Origin: Myxococcota bacterium
GTDB taxonomy: Bacteria; Myxococcota_A; Bradymonadia; UBA4248
Assembly: GCA_045599245.1 (NCBI GenBank)
Contig: JAZRVP010000077.1
Coordinates: 17,691 to 81,690 of the forward strand
Reading direction: 5' to 3'
Length of the DNA stretch: 64,000 nucleotides
Shown: positions 9,032-17,913 of the stretch, in pieces
Layout: every line of letters starts with the position of its first letter
Numbering within the stretch: the first letter of the stretch is position 1
Translations under genes and position numbers: made by a program
The notes under the pieces: generated by a model
The model's input: the letters and a program-made list of their open reading frames with translations, nothing else
Told to the model about the DNA's origin: nothing
The model's database searches: none

Positions 9032-11514
9032 TTTTGCAGACAGGAAGACGATCGCTGCATGTCTTCATCTTGTTTGATAATGTCCCGAATGCGTTCCGTA
9101 TTCTCTTCGGTGTCAAAATTCCATGGAATAGAGAAGGCGTTATCTTTAACCGATTTGGGCCCATAAAAAGAAAGTGCCCCAGTCCATTTAACGGAAATCA
9201 TGCCTCGATAATCCACAAAATCGTAATCATCGGCGGTTGACCATCGGCGGCTTGCTTTAAACTGAGCACCTACGCGGACGCCAGCCCACGAGGGAGACCA
9301 GACCTGGAAGGTGCCGCGAGCGGCATAATCCCTTCTGGCTGCGTCCTGTTCAAAATAGCCTTTTGAATCGGCATAGTCATCCAGGGAGAATGAACCATTG
9401 AGCCGGAATAAAATATCGTGTGACGGAATGCGATAGTCGAGTGCCAGACTCAGATTAATGCCGTTGAGATCGTACATATCGCCGGTAGAGAACCAATGAC
9501 GGTAGGTTGCACCCCAGGTCAGGGCAAAACCGAGCCCGAGGGGATGTCTGGCACCGGCTCCAATATCAAACTCATCGCGAGTGCGAACCATTTGTCGAAA
9601 TGTTCTATGTCCATATCCCGTGAAAATATAGAGCCATTTCAGAATTTCAAAATCGAGTTCGATGCGATGACTCAGATAAAACTGAACCGGACCTTTGTTA
9701 TATTTGTCACCGCCGTCAAGAATGAGGGATTCAGGACGATACCAAGCACTGAACTTTAGCGAATCGGAATCGATTTGAGCACCGAGCCGCATGGATAAAT
9801 CGATATAGCTGGCTGTTTTGGTATCTTCAGAGGTGAGATATTCTCCTGTAAACTGGCCTTCGAGAACGGGTCGTGCAAAAGCATCTTTCCATGGATCGAG
9901 TGTAAATCGAATGTCTCCGTCAATAAACGGGCTGTCCAGGTCTTTGCCATTGAGGCTGGGATCGCTCGGAGAGCCACTCATGGCATTGGAGGCATAACCG
10001 CCGTCGAGCTGAATTTTCCAGCTTAAATTGGGGGCTGATTGGATGCCGAGCGTAGTCTGCATGGATTCAAGCGCCTTGAGATCGCTCTTCGTCATGGCCT
10101 CCTGATGAGCGGCATTATCAATGGCACTTTGTGCTTCTTTTTTTTTATTGTTTGTCATGCTTGCCATGGCATCAAGCAACTGCATCCTGGCTTGTAGTGC
10201 CGATGATTCACATGTTTTTTGTGAAGCAATGGTTTGTTTTGCTTCGTCAGGCATTGCCATTTGGATTTGAATCCATGCCATCCATGCTGTCGTTTCGCAA
10301 TCGTCGGGATATTGTGCATTGAGTTGGGCGAGTGTTCTTAAAGCCCAGGGATAGTTTTCCATTCTGGCGTAAGCAATGCCGAGTGCTCTGGTCAAATCCT
10401 GGTTTGGGGCATTGCAGGCTTTTGCCGCTTTGAGCAAATCAATGGCATCCCTTTGTGAGTCAGGATAATCCCAGAGTGAGCTGGCTGTAGAAATGGCTTC
10501 CTGCGGTTCAAGGCAGGGTTCATTGGTCGAATTTGAAGAAAAATCATGAGAAAAATCACTTGCCGTATCGGAACTTGCATCGAGCCAGGCGAGCAAAATT
10601 TCATCATTTCCTTGATTTAAGAGGAGATGAGCTTGTGGTTTTTCATCGTTGTTGTCAGCTTCATCGACTTCAACTTCAACAATAGAACCATTGGCACAGC
10701 ATCTAAAGCCAAGCGCGGCTGGTGTCCATGTCATCGGAACGTATGAACACTTGTGATTGTTTTCCGAGTCACTGCAGTTGTATGCGCCGCCGCGAACCGT
10801 CATGCCGGAACCACCGGCTGTATGCTCCCAGACATTGCCGCTCATATCGAAGACGTTCCAGCCGTTGTGGCAATCAGAAAATGAGCCTGTTGGCATGAGA
10901 TGAAAGCCGGGGTAGGGATAGGTGTCCAGGCCGTTGCAGATGACTGGATTGTATTTGTCGCCATAACCATAGACTGTATTGTTTACGCCGTGACAGGCAT
11001 ATTCCCATTCGGCAGGGGAACAGAGGCGTTTTCCTGCAGCTGCACAGGCTTTTTCCGCCTTTTCATTGTTGTCACCGATTAACCATGGCATGACGCCTTT
11101 TTGAGAAACGGCGCGAGTTTCCTGATAACCGGCAGTTGTCTCGTCGGCATCCGGTCTGGAGGCTTCATACATATCGATACAGTAGGCGTCCGAAATTGGA
11201 CTCATGTCATCCGGACATACAAACTTTTCGACGAAAACGGGGTCATGGTCTTTAGTCGGATCATCGACGGGGTCTTTGGTCGGATCATCGACGGGATCGT
11301 CAGGAATAAGTTTTTTAATTGTGCAAACGTGATCGATACAAGCGAAGCTTGTTCCGCAATCGGTGTCGAAGTGACATTTGTAATCGCATTCACCGTAAGC
11401 ATTGCATATTAAGGGAGCGGCGCAATCATCGTCGCGATAACAGCGTTGTTCCGGTGCACAGGCGTAGAGCAAAAGGGAAGATGCAATAAGCGTAAAAATG
11501 AACTGATTTTTCAT
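9028..11514 (-). CDS. secreted FGE-sulfatase-domain (SUMF1/DUF323-like) protein fused to TPR-like and C-terminal beta-barrel-like regions
   Basis: Start re-assigned to MKNQFIF..LLLYA|CA, a signal peptide. N-terminal Cys-rich module. 'GSFSDCHNGWNVFDMSGNVWEHT..RGGAY' matches the conserved FGE-sulfatase core. Helical repeat region. The C-terminal approximately 300 aa show alternating amphipathic beta-strand character and end in ..IPWNF. Confidence 0.7.
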   Translation of the reverse strand: MKNQFIFTLIASSLLLYACAPEQRCYRDDDCAAPLICNAYGECDYKCHFDTDCGTSFACIDHVCTIKKLIPDDPVDDPTKDPVDDPTKDHDPVFVEKFVCPDDMSPISDAYCIDMYEASRPDADETTAGYQETRAVSQKGVMPWLIGDNNEKAEKACAAAGKRLCSPAEWEYACHGVNNTVYGYGDKYNPVICNGLDTYPYPGFHLMPTGSFSDCHNGWNVFDMSGNVWEHTAGGSGMTVRGGAYNCSDSENNHKCSYVPMTWTPAALGFRCCANGSIVEVEVDEADNNDEKPQAHLLLNQGNDEILLAWLDASSDTASDFSHDFSSNSTNEPCLEPQEAISTASSLWDYPDSQRDAIDLLKAAKACNAPNQDLTRALGIAYARMENYPWALRTLAQLNAQYPDDCETTAWMAWIQIQMAMPDEAKQTIASQKTCESSALQARMQLLDAMASMTNNKKKEAQSAIDNAAHQEAMTKSDLKALESMQTTLGIQSAPNLSWKIQLDGGYASNAMSGSPSDPSLNGKDLDSPFIDGDIRFTLDPWKDAFARPVLEGQFTGEYLTSEDTKTASYIDLSMRLGAQIDSDSLKFSAWYRPESLILDGGDKYNKGPVQFYLSHRIELDFEILKWLYIFTGYGHRTFRQMVRTRDEFDIGAGARHPLGLGFALTWGATYRHWFSTGDMYDLNGINLSLALDYRIPSHDILFRLNGSFSLDDYADSKGYFEQDAARRDYAARGTFQVWSPSWAGVRVGAQFKASRRWSTADDYDFVDYRGMISVKWTGALSFYGPKSVKDNAFSIPWNFDTEENTERIRDIIKQDEDMQRSSSCLQN

Positions 11515-11524
11515 AATAAACCTG

Positions 11525-12559
11525 TCAGTTTTCGATGGCATCGATCATTGTATTGATGAGTTTTTTGTAGTCGTCACTGCGGACTTTAAGCCCCCCGCCA
11601 CCGCCGTTTTTTGATGCGGAGTAGATGCCCAAATACTCGTTAATGTCACTGTCTGTGATGGAATATCCGCGTTTTTTGAGTATATTTTTGAGTCCGTTCA
11701 AGTCAGTTTCACCGGGGAAAAGGACGGAAAGCAGGGCGTGAGTCACCGTCCAGTGGTGTCTGACAACGAGCATATAAGCGAGCATTGCGCCGGTTCTGTC
11801 GCCGCCATGATCGCAATGGATATAGGTAGAAGCTGGCGAGAATTTGAGTGCTGATTTATAAAATCGCGAGGGTTTGGGGAATTTTCCGCCAAAAGGAATG
11901 ACGATATGCTCGATGCCGAGTTCCTCCATACGTTTATTTGCGGCAAGCATTTCGTCTGTTTTTCGTGTTGCAGTGATGATGAGACGAATTCTTTTGGCAT
12001 ACAGGGCGTCGATATTCTGGACGTGAGGCACACTGCCAATCCAGTAACCTTCTTTGACTTGTCTTGCGTTTTTGGGCAGTCCGCCCGGAAAAATTCTGGG
12101 AGGAATGATGCCGTGAGCTGAAGCAATGACAGCGCCATGAATAGAAGCGTCACGAACCGATGAAAGAGATAATGCGCTATCCTGAACAGTGACGGATGGT
12201 GCATTGGGTGTTGAGTTATTGTCAGAGACGGTTTCGGTTTGAGACGAAACATCTGTCATTTCGATGGTATCATTTTGAGCCGTTTCATCGTCAGAAACGG
12301 GCTTGATTTCAGTCTCATCAGCTTGTGATGTTTTGTCAAAAAGTGAGCTGAGTGAGGCAATCGCAGATTTGTCTTCTTCGTTTAGTTCCGGGGTGGGAAC
12401 TGTATCCGATGAATGATTGACAGAAACACCGAGAGTTGATGAAGCGGTATCCTGAACGACGGTTTGTGCATCGGGGGATGAAATATGTGCCGTCATGCAG
12501 GCTGAACAAAACCATGGAACAGCCAGAAGAGGCGATAAAGACTTAAACAACAGCTTCAT
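11525..12559 (-). CDS. secreted Y_phosphatase3-type protein tyrosine/dual-specificity phosphatase with Ser/Thr-rich linker
   Basis: Start re-assigned to MKLLFKSLSPLLAVPWFCSAC, a signal peptide. CX5R P-loop 'IHCDHGGDRTG'. About 150-aa S/T/D-rich low-complexity linker. 10-nt gap to the downstream FGE gene. Confidence 0.7.
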   Translation of the reverse strand: MKLLFKSLSPLLAVPWFCSACMTAHISSPDAQTVVQDTASSTLGVSVNHSSDTVPTPELNEEDKSAIASLSSLFDKTSQADETEIKPVSDDETAQNDTIEMTDVSSQTETVSDNNSTPNAPSVTVQDSALSLSSVRDASIHGAVIASAHGIIPPRIFPGGLPKNARQVKEGYWIGSVPHVQNIDALYAKRIRLIITATRKTDEMLAANKRMEELGIEHIVIPFGGKFPKPSRFYKSALKFSPASTYIHCDHGGDRTGAMLAYMLVVRHHWTVTHALLSVLFPGETDLNGLKNILKKRGYSITDSDINEYLGIYSASKNGGGGGLKVRSDDYKKLINTMIDAIEN

Positions 12560-12763
12560 TATGCGAACAACAGTTTCATGATTCGAGCCCGGCAGATGTG
12601 CCACACAAAAAAGACGGAAGCGTCTTATAAATAAGCCGTGTAAAAGATACAAATAATTTAATGAAAAGCGAGGAACTGGATACCTGTAAAAATTGCCTAA
12701 AGCTGCCAATGTGGGAGAGTTTTTGGCGTTCCATGGAGGAACACGAGTTCAATGGAGAAATGA

Positions 12764-14215
12764 ATGACAGCGCCAGAAAAACGAGAGTGTCCGGATATGC
12801 TGGAAAATCCCAAAAGATTTCATCTTTTGGGGTGTTGCGGAACGGGAATGGGGGCGTTAGGCGTCCTTTTATGCGAACGTGGATATGAAGTCAGCGGTTC
12901 GGATACAGGATTCTATCCGCCGATGAGTGACATCCTGATGCGCAGTGGAATTCGTACGATGGAAGGCTGGAAACCTGAGCATTTGGACGGCCTCGAACCT
13001 GCGGATACGATCGTCGTGGTTGGGAATGTTTGTCGTCGAACGAATGAAGAGTGTCTGGCAGCCATGGAACGTGGTTTTGTGACGTTGTCACAGCCGGAAA
13101 CGCTGTATCATTTCTTTTTAAAACAAAGCCGCGAACGCATCGTGATTTCGGGGACGCATGGCAAGACGACGACGAGTTCTTTGACAGCATCGATCCTGGC
13201 CGAAGCCGGACAAGACCCTTCCGTATTTATCGGTGGTGAAGTCCTTGCTTATGGCTGCGGGGCCCATGTCGGCAAACAGAACGGGGCATTTATTGTGGAA
13301 GGCGATGAATACGATACCGCCTGGTTCGATAAAGTGCCGAAATTTTGGCATTATGCGCCCACGGTATTGTGTATTAACAACATCGAATTTGATCATGCCG
13401 ATATTTATGCAAATCTGGAAGAAATTATTGGCGTCTTTGAAAAATTGGTCAGAGAAATGTCTCCGGATAGTCTCGTTTGTTACAACGTTGACAACGAAAA
13501 TGTGTGCCGTGTAATTCGAAGTGCAAGATGCCGGTGTGTTGGGTTCGGTCTGGCTGGAAAGGGTGATTATCAGGCAAAAAATGTCGAGATGAAAAACGGT
13601 GGCTCGGTATTAGACGTGTATCGAGGAGACGAGCTGATCGTTCATCTGGACTCACCCATGACTGGATATCACAATGCCTATAATTTGACGGCAGCAAGTG
13701 TGATTGCACATGAAATAGGCATTCATGCCGATGCTATTCATGAGGGATTGAAACAATATGGCGGTGTGAAAAAACGTCAGGAACTGATTGGTGTGGTTAA
13801 AGGCGTCACGATTTATGACGATTTTGCGCATCATCCGACGGCTGTAAGAGAGACCGTCCGCGCGATTCGTGCTCGACATCCGGAGAATAGAATTTGGGGT
13901 ATTTTTGAAATGAAAAGCAACACGTCACGACGTGCGGTTTTTCAGAATGAATACCCGGAGGCACTGTCTGAGTGTGACGAAGTGATTTTGAGCGCGCCGT
14001 GGAAGAAAGACGATTTGCCGCCCGAGCAATTGATTAACATCCCAAAAGTTGTCGAAGATTTGCTTGCACGAGGGGTTCATGCACAAATGATTGCCGAGGT
14101 TGATGATATTGTTCAATATTTGAGCGAACATTGTCTGGAAGGTGATATAGTATTGGGAATGAGTGGAAGTGCATTTGGTGGAATGCATAAGAAATTGCTC
14201 AAAAGTCTTTCCTAA
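12764..14215 (+). CDS. Mur ligase family: UDP-N-acetylmuramate--L-alanine ligase MurC or murein tripeptide ligase Mpl
   Basis: N-terminal 'HLLGCCGTGMGALGVLLCERGYEVSGSD' and 'ISGTHGKTTTSSLTASIL' (P-loop). 483 aa. I cannot separate MurC from Mpl by eye. Confidence 0.8.
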   Translation: MTAPEKRECPDMLENPKRFHLLGCCGTGMGALGVLLCERGYEVSGSDTGFYPPMSDILMRSGIRTMEGWKPEHLDGLEPADTIVVVGNVCRRTNEECLAAMERGFVTLSQPETLYHFFLKQSRERIVISGTHGKTTTSSLTASILAEAGQDPSVFIGGEVLAYGCGAHVGKQNGAFIVEGDEYDTAWFDKVPKFWHYAPTVLCINNIEFDHADIYANLEEIIGVFEKLVREMSPDSLVCYNVDNENVCRVIRSARCRCVGFGLAGKGDYQAKNVEMKNGGSVLDVYRGDELIVHLDSPMTGYHNAYNLTAASVIAHEIGIHADAIHEGLKQYGGVKKRQELIGVVKGVTIYDDFAHHPTAVRETVRAIRARHPENRIWGIFEMKSNTSRRAVFQNEYPEALSECDEVILSAPWKKDDLPPEQLINIPKVVEDLLARGVHAQMIAEVDDIVQYLSEHCLEGDIVLGMSGSAFGGMHKKLLKSLS

Positions 14216-14277
14216 GGCAAAATAGAGGAAAGGGAAGATACTGTCCCAGCCAGAAGACCCTTTCTCAAAGGATTGAG

Positions 14278-15909
14278 ATGCAAGAACAGGATGCAACACA
14301 GTTTGAGATATTGAACCGAGTGGATGTCGGCGGCATGGCCGAGATCTTTCGTGCACGAAATCTCAGCAATGGCCAGATCATGGCGATTAAACGGATACTT
14401 CCATCGCTGGCCGGCCAACCGAATTTTGTCAATATGTTTATCGATGAAGCCGCTGTCTGCATGGCTCTTCATCACCCAAACATCGTCCGTGTTGAACAGA
14501 TTGGACTCATGGATGATGCCTTGTTTCTTTCGATGGAATTCGTTGATGGCACGAACCTTCGCGAAGTATTGAGCTACGCAAACCAGAATAACTACCATAT
14601 TCCAATCCATGAAGCCCTGCGCATCGCGATTCATGTTCTGGATGGGTTGGATTATGCACATCATCTGTGCAATGAAGCCGGTGAAGCTCTCAACTTAATC
14701 CATCGTGATGTGAGCCCTCCCAACATTCTTTTGGGCTACAATAATGACGTTAAAATCACGGACTTTGGTCTGGTCAAATCCAAAGCACAGGTCTCAAAAA
14801 CGGTTCCTGGGTTGATAAAAGGCAAATTCAGCTACCTTTCCCCGGAAGCTGCTTATGGCGAGAGCCTCGACTTGCGCAGTGATATCTACGCAATTGGCAT
14901 TATTTTGTGGGAAATGCTGACTTCGCGGCCTCTGTTCTCTGATCCGGTTGAGATGAAAATTCTCGATCTCGTCAGAAAATCAATCATTCCATCAATGGCT
15001 CAATTCAATCCTGACATGACGCCGGAACTTGAAGCCATCGTCTTAAAGGGATTGGCTCGACATCGCTCCGATCGATATTCGACTGCAAAAGAGTTTGCCG
15101 ATGCTTTGCGTAAATATCTCGAAGGTATGGGCAATCCAAAAACAGAATTGGGAAAAATTGTAGCCATGGTCAAGCCGCCAAGGGTAGATGACTCCGGCGA
15201 TATGGCAGTCGTTCCCGAAGGTGCTAGTGCTTCTGATGAAACGGTTCAGCCTCATACACGAAGTGAGTTGATTCCTATTGAACAATTACGTAAAGCTGCT
15301 GGAGAAGTGCCCGTGAAAGATGTTGATTCTCTGAACGATTCCTTGCTTGATGATAATTTGCTTAAGGGGGCAGAAGCGGATGATGATGATGGCGGTTTGC
15401 CTCTCGGTTCTGAATTCTTGAATTTAGGTGATGATGACGATTCCTGGGATGATCCCGGTGACGTCAGTGTTCTTGAAGAACCAAAGGGCTCTCTCAAAAT
15501 TCCGTTTGTTATCGATAAAGATAGTGACAAACCCGCTGACGACAAAAAGTCAGATAGTGACAAACACGCTGACGACAAAAAGTCAGATAGCGACAAACCC
15601 GCTGACGGCAAAAAGTCAGATAGCGACAAACCCGCCGACGACAAAAAGTCAGATAGTGACAAACCCGCCGACGACAAAAAGTCTGATGCTGAAAAATCCA
15701 AGGGCATTTCTTTGAGCAAGTCGCCGATGAGCCACGGTATGGATTTTGTCGATTTGTCAAAACCTGTGAAGTCAAGTGGTCATCCATCCAGCTCTTATCC
15801 GCAGGAAAACACGGGTTTCAGACTGACAGGTCTTCAGATTGTTGGCATTATTATCATACTCGCTGTCATTGCATTTTTTGTCTGTCGATTTGCATTAGGT
15901 ATCATTTAA
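14278..15909 (+). CDS. Hanks-type Ser/Thr protein kinase, C-terminally tail-anchored
   Basis: VAIK Lys, HRDVSPPNILL catalytic loop, DFG, SPE. Acidic linker. 6 tandem DKPADDKKSDS repeats. A single TM segment in the last 25 aa (LQIVGIIIILAVIAFFVCRF). Confidence 0.85.
   Translation: MQEQDATQFEILNRVDVGGMAEIFRARNLSNGQIMAIKRILPSLAGQPNFVNMFIDEAAVCMALHHPNIVRVEQIGLMDDALFLSMEFVDGTNLREVLSYANQNNYHIPIHEALRIAIHVLDGLDYAHHLCNEAGEALNLIHRDVSPPNILLGYNNDVKITDFGLVKSKAQVSKTVPGLIKGKFSYLSPEAAYGESLDLRSDIYAIGIILWEMLTSRPLFSDPVEMKILDLVRKSIIPSMAQFNPDMTPELEAIVLKGLARHRSDRYSTAKEFADALRKYLEGMGNPKTELGKIVAMVKPPRVDDSGDMAVVPEGASASDETVQPHTRSELIPIEQLRKAAGEVPVKDVDSLNDSLLDDNLLKGAEADDDDGGLPLGSEFLNLGDDDDSWDDPGDVSVLEEPKGSLKIPFVIDKDSDKPADDKKSDSDKHADDKKSDSDKPADGKKSDSDKPADDKKSDSDKPADDKKSDAEKSKGISLSKSPMSHGMDFVDLSKPVKSSGHPSSSYPQENTGFRLTGLQIVGIIIILAVIAFFVCRFALGII
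15523..15700. repeat. 33-nt in-frame tandem repeat (about 5.5 copies) in kinase gene
   Basis: gacaaacccgctgacgacaaaaagtcagatagt units. Confidence 0.8.
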
Positions 15910-15943
15910 TTGTGTTTGAATGCGCTCTCGGCGCTGTAAACCA

Positions 15944-15975
15944 GCCGGCTTTTTAGCCGGCTCTTTTTTTGTGGT
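15944..15975 (+). terminator. rho-independent terminator
   Basis: agccggctttttagccggct followed by ctttttttgtg. Confidence 0.65.
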
Positions 15976-15981
15976 GAGAAT

Positions 15982-16525
15982 TATGAAGATGTCACTTTTA
16001 CATCCCACACAACGGTGTCTGGAAATCATGCAGGTTCATTGCCGTGCTGTTTATCAAAAAGCCTTACAACTTGCTCAAGAGAGCCGATATGCTGATGCAA
16101 TCGACTATGTGTTTCTCGAAGAGGCTGTCATGCTTCACGATTACGGCATTATCGGGGTTGATGCACCTGATATTGGTTGCCAGGGCAGCGAGCCATATAT
16201 TGCACATGGCGTGATCGGTGCTGAATATCTTCGATCGCTTGATCGCAAACGGTATGGGCGGCATGCACGCGTCTGTGAACGTCATATTGGCAGTGGACTG
16301 ACCGCAAAGGAAATCTTGAGTTCGAATTTGCCGCTTCCTGCCAAAGATTTTCTTCCTGAAACATTGGAAGAGAAACTGATTACGTATGCTGATAACTTTT
16401 TCAGCAAGAATCCGGCGCATTTGACCGAAGAAAAGTCGTTTGAACGCGTGATGAAGGGAATGGAACGGTTTGGCGAAGAACCGGTGCGGCGGCTGCTTGA
16501 ACTCCATGACATGTGGAACAATTGA
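15982..16525 (+). CDS. HD-domain metal-dependent phosphohydrolase
   Basis: 'AVMLHDYGII' HD motif with downstream His/Asp residues. About 180 aa. Start re-assigned to MKMSLLH, downstream of the terminator. Confidence 0.6.
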
Positions 16526-16540
16526 AAGAGGAGAACATCA

Positions 16541-17710
16541 TTGAAATACGAGCTTCTAAAAGAAGAAGAACAGGCTGTCAGAGCGATAAAAAATGAACTT
16601 CATCGTCATCCGGAAACATCATGGGAAGAGGTTGAGACGACAGCATTAATTCGTCGTGAGATTGCGAAAATTCCCGGAATGGAAATCGTTGAAACCGGTA
16701 TGAACACCGGTGTTATTGCGCTTCTTCGCGGTGGACAAAAGGGGCGTTGTGTGTCTCTTCGAGCGGACATCGATGGGTTAAACGTTATTGAAAAATATGA
16801 AAGTGATGTCATGAGTGAAGTGCCGGGCAAAGGGCACCTTTGCGGTCACGATTTCCATACAGCCGGCCTTTTGGGGGCTGCTAAAATATTGTCGCGAAAT
16901 CGCGATGAGTTGAAGGGAACTGTACTTTTCATCTTCCAGCCGGCCGAAGAAACAACCAATGGCGCAAGAGAAATCATTAAAACCGGTGTGTTTGAGCGAT
17001 TTGAGGTTGGTGCAATCTTTGGGCTTCACAATCGACCGGAGGAAGAAACAGGACATGTCGTCGTTAAACTCGAGCCTTTGATGGCCGCCAAAATCAATTT
17101 TAAAATTGTCATTCATGGCTTCGGCGGCCATGGCTCGATGCCGCACAAGTGCATTGATCCCATCGTTTGTGCTGCTGGAATCGTTCAGAATGTGTTGACG
17201 ATTCCGGCGAGAAATGTCGATCCGATGAAATCGCTCGTGCTTTCGATATGTTCGATTCACGGCGGTACGCCGGCGAATCTCATCGTCGATCAAGTCGAGA
17301 TGACGGGTAGTATGCGGTATCATGATCCGGAAGTTGGACAAAGGGCTCTGGAACGACTTAAACAGGTCGTGACTTCGACTGCGGATGTGTTCGAATGCCG
17401 ATCAGAGTTTGAGATTGTGGAACAGGTGCCTGCCGTTATCAATAGCCCGGAACTACTTGAAACTGCTCAAAAAGCTGTAGAACTTGCTGTCGGTAAAGAG
17501 GCCGCCATCACTTCTGAAAGTGGTCTCGCAACGGAAGATTTTGCCGATTATATGCAGATTGTTCCTGGATTTTTCTTCTGGTTGGGGGCAAGAAAACCCG
17601 GTGATACCTGTTTTGCATGGCACAACGAGAAATTTCATACAGATAATGATGCATTAAAGTTCGGCAGCCAGTTGCTTGCGGCATGTGCAAATGAATGGTT
17701 AATGAAATAA
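16541..17710 (+). CDS. M20D family amidohydrolase (N-acyl-amino acid/hippurate hydrolase-like)
   Basis: TTG start with AAAGAGGAG RBS. 'GHLCGHDFHTAGLLGAAKIL' and 'LFIFQPAEE' metal-binding signatures of peptidase M20D. Confidence 0.8.
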   Translation: MKYELLKEEEQAVRAIKNELHRHPETSWEEVETTALIRREIAKIPGMEIVETGMNTGVIALLRGGQKGRCVSLRADIDGLNVIEKYESDVMSEVPGKGHLCGHDFHTAGLLGAAKILSRNRDELKGTVLFIFQPAEETTNGAREIIKTGVFERFEVGAIFGLHNRPEEETGHVVVKLEPLMAAKINFKIVIHGFGGHGSMPHKCIDPIVCAAGIVQNVLTIPARNVDPMKSLVLSICSIHGGTPANLIVDQVEMTGSMRYHDPEVGQRALERLKQVVTSTADVFECRSEFEIVEQVPAVINSPELLETAQKAVELAVGKEAAITSESGLATEDFADYMQIVPGFFFWLGARKPGDTCFAWHNEKFHTDNDALKFGSQLLAACANEWLMK

Positions 17711-17721
17711 AACGCCGCGTA

Positions 17722-17832
17722 TCCCAAAGGGATAGCGGCGTTACGCGAGCCGTATTGCGCGAAGTGCAATAGGCGCGAAGCTCCGTGCGAACCGCACGGA
17801 GCTTACATGGCGTATTGGCCAAAGGCCAATAG
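17722..17832. repeat. REP-like hairpin array (4 units)
   Basis: aacgccgcgtatcccaaagggatagcggcgtt, ccgtattgcgcgaagtgcaatagg, gctccgtgcgaaccgcacggagc and cgtattggccaaaggccaatagcc. Confidence 0.65.
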
Positions 17833-17869
17833 CCATGCCCCCAAACATTTCCTGTGATGATGCTGATGC

Positions 17870-17905
17870 AAAAAAAGCCCCGCAAATTGCGGGGCATTCA
17901 TCAGA
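17870..17905 (-). terminator. rho-independent terminator for gene 17914-21894
   Basis: gccccgcaaattgcggggc hairpin with a T7 run on the minus strand. Confidence 0.7.
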
Positions 17906-17913
17906 TAGTTGAA

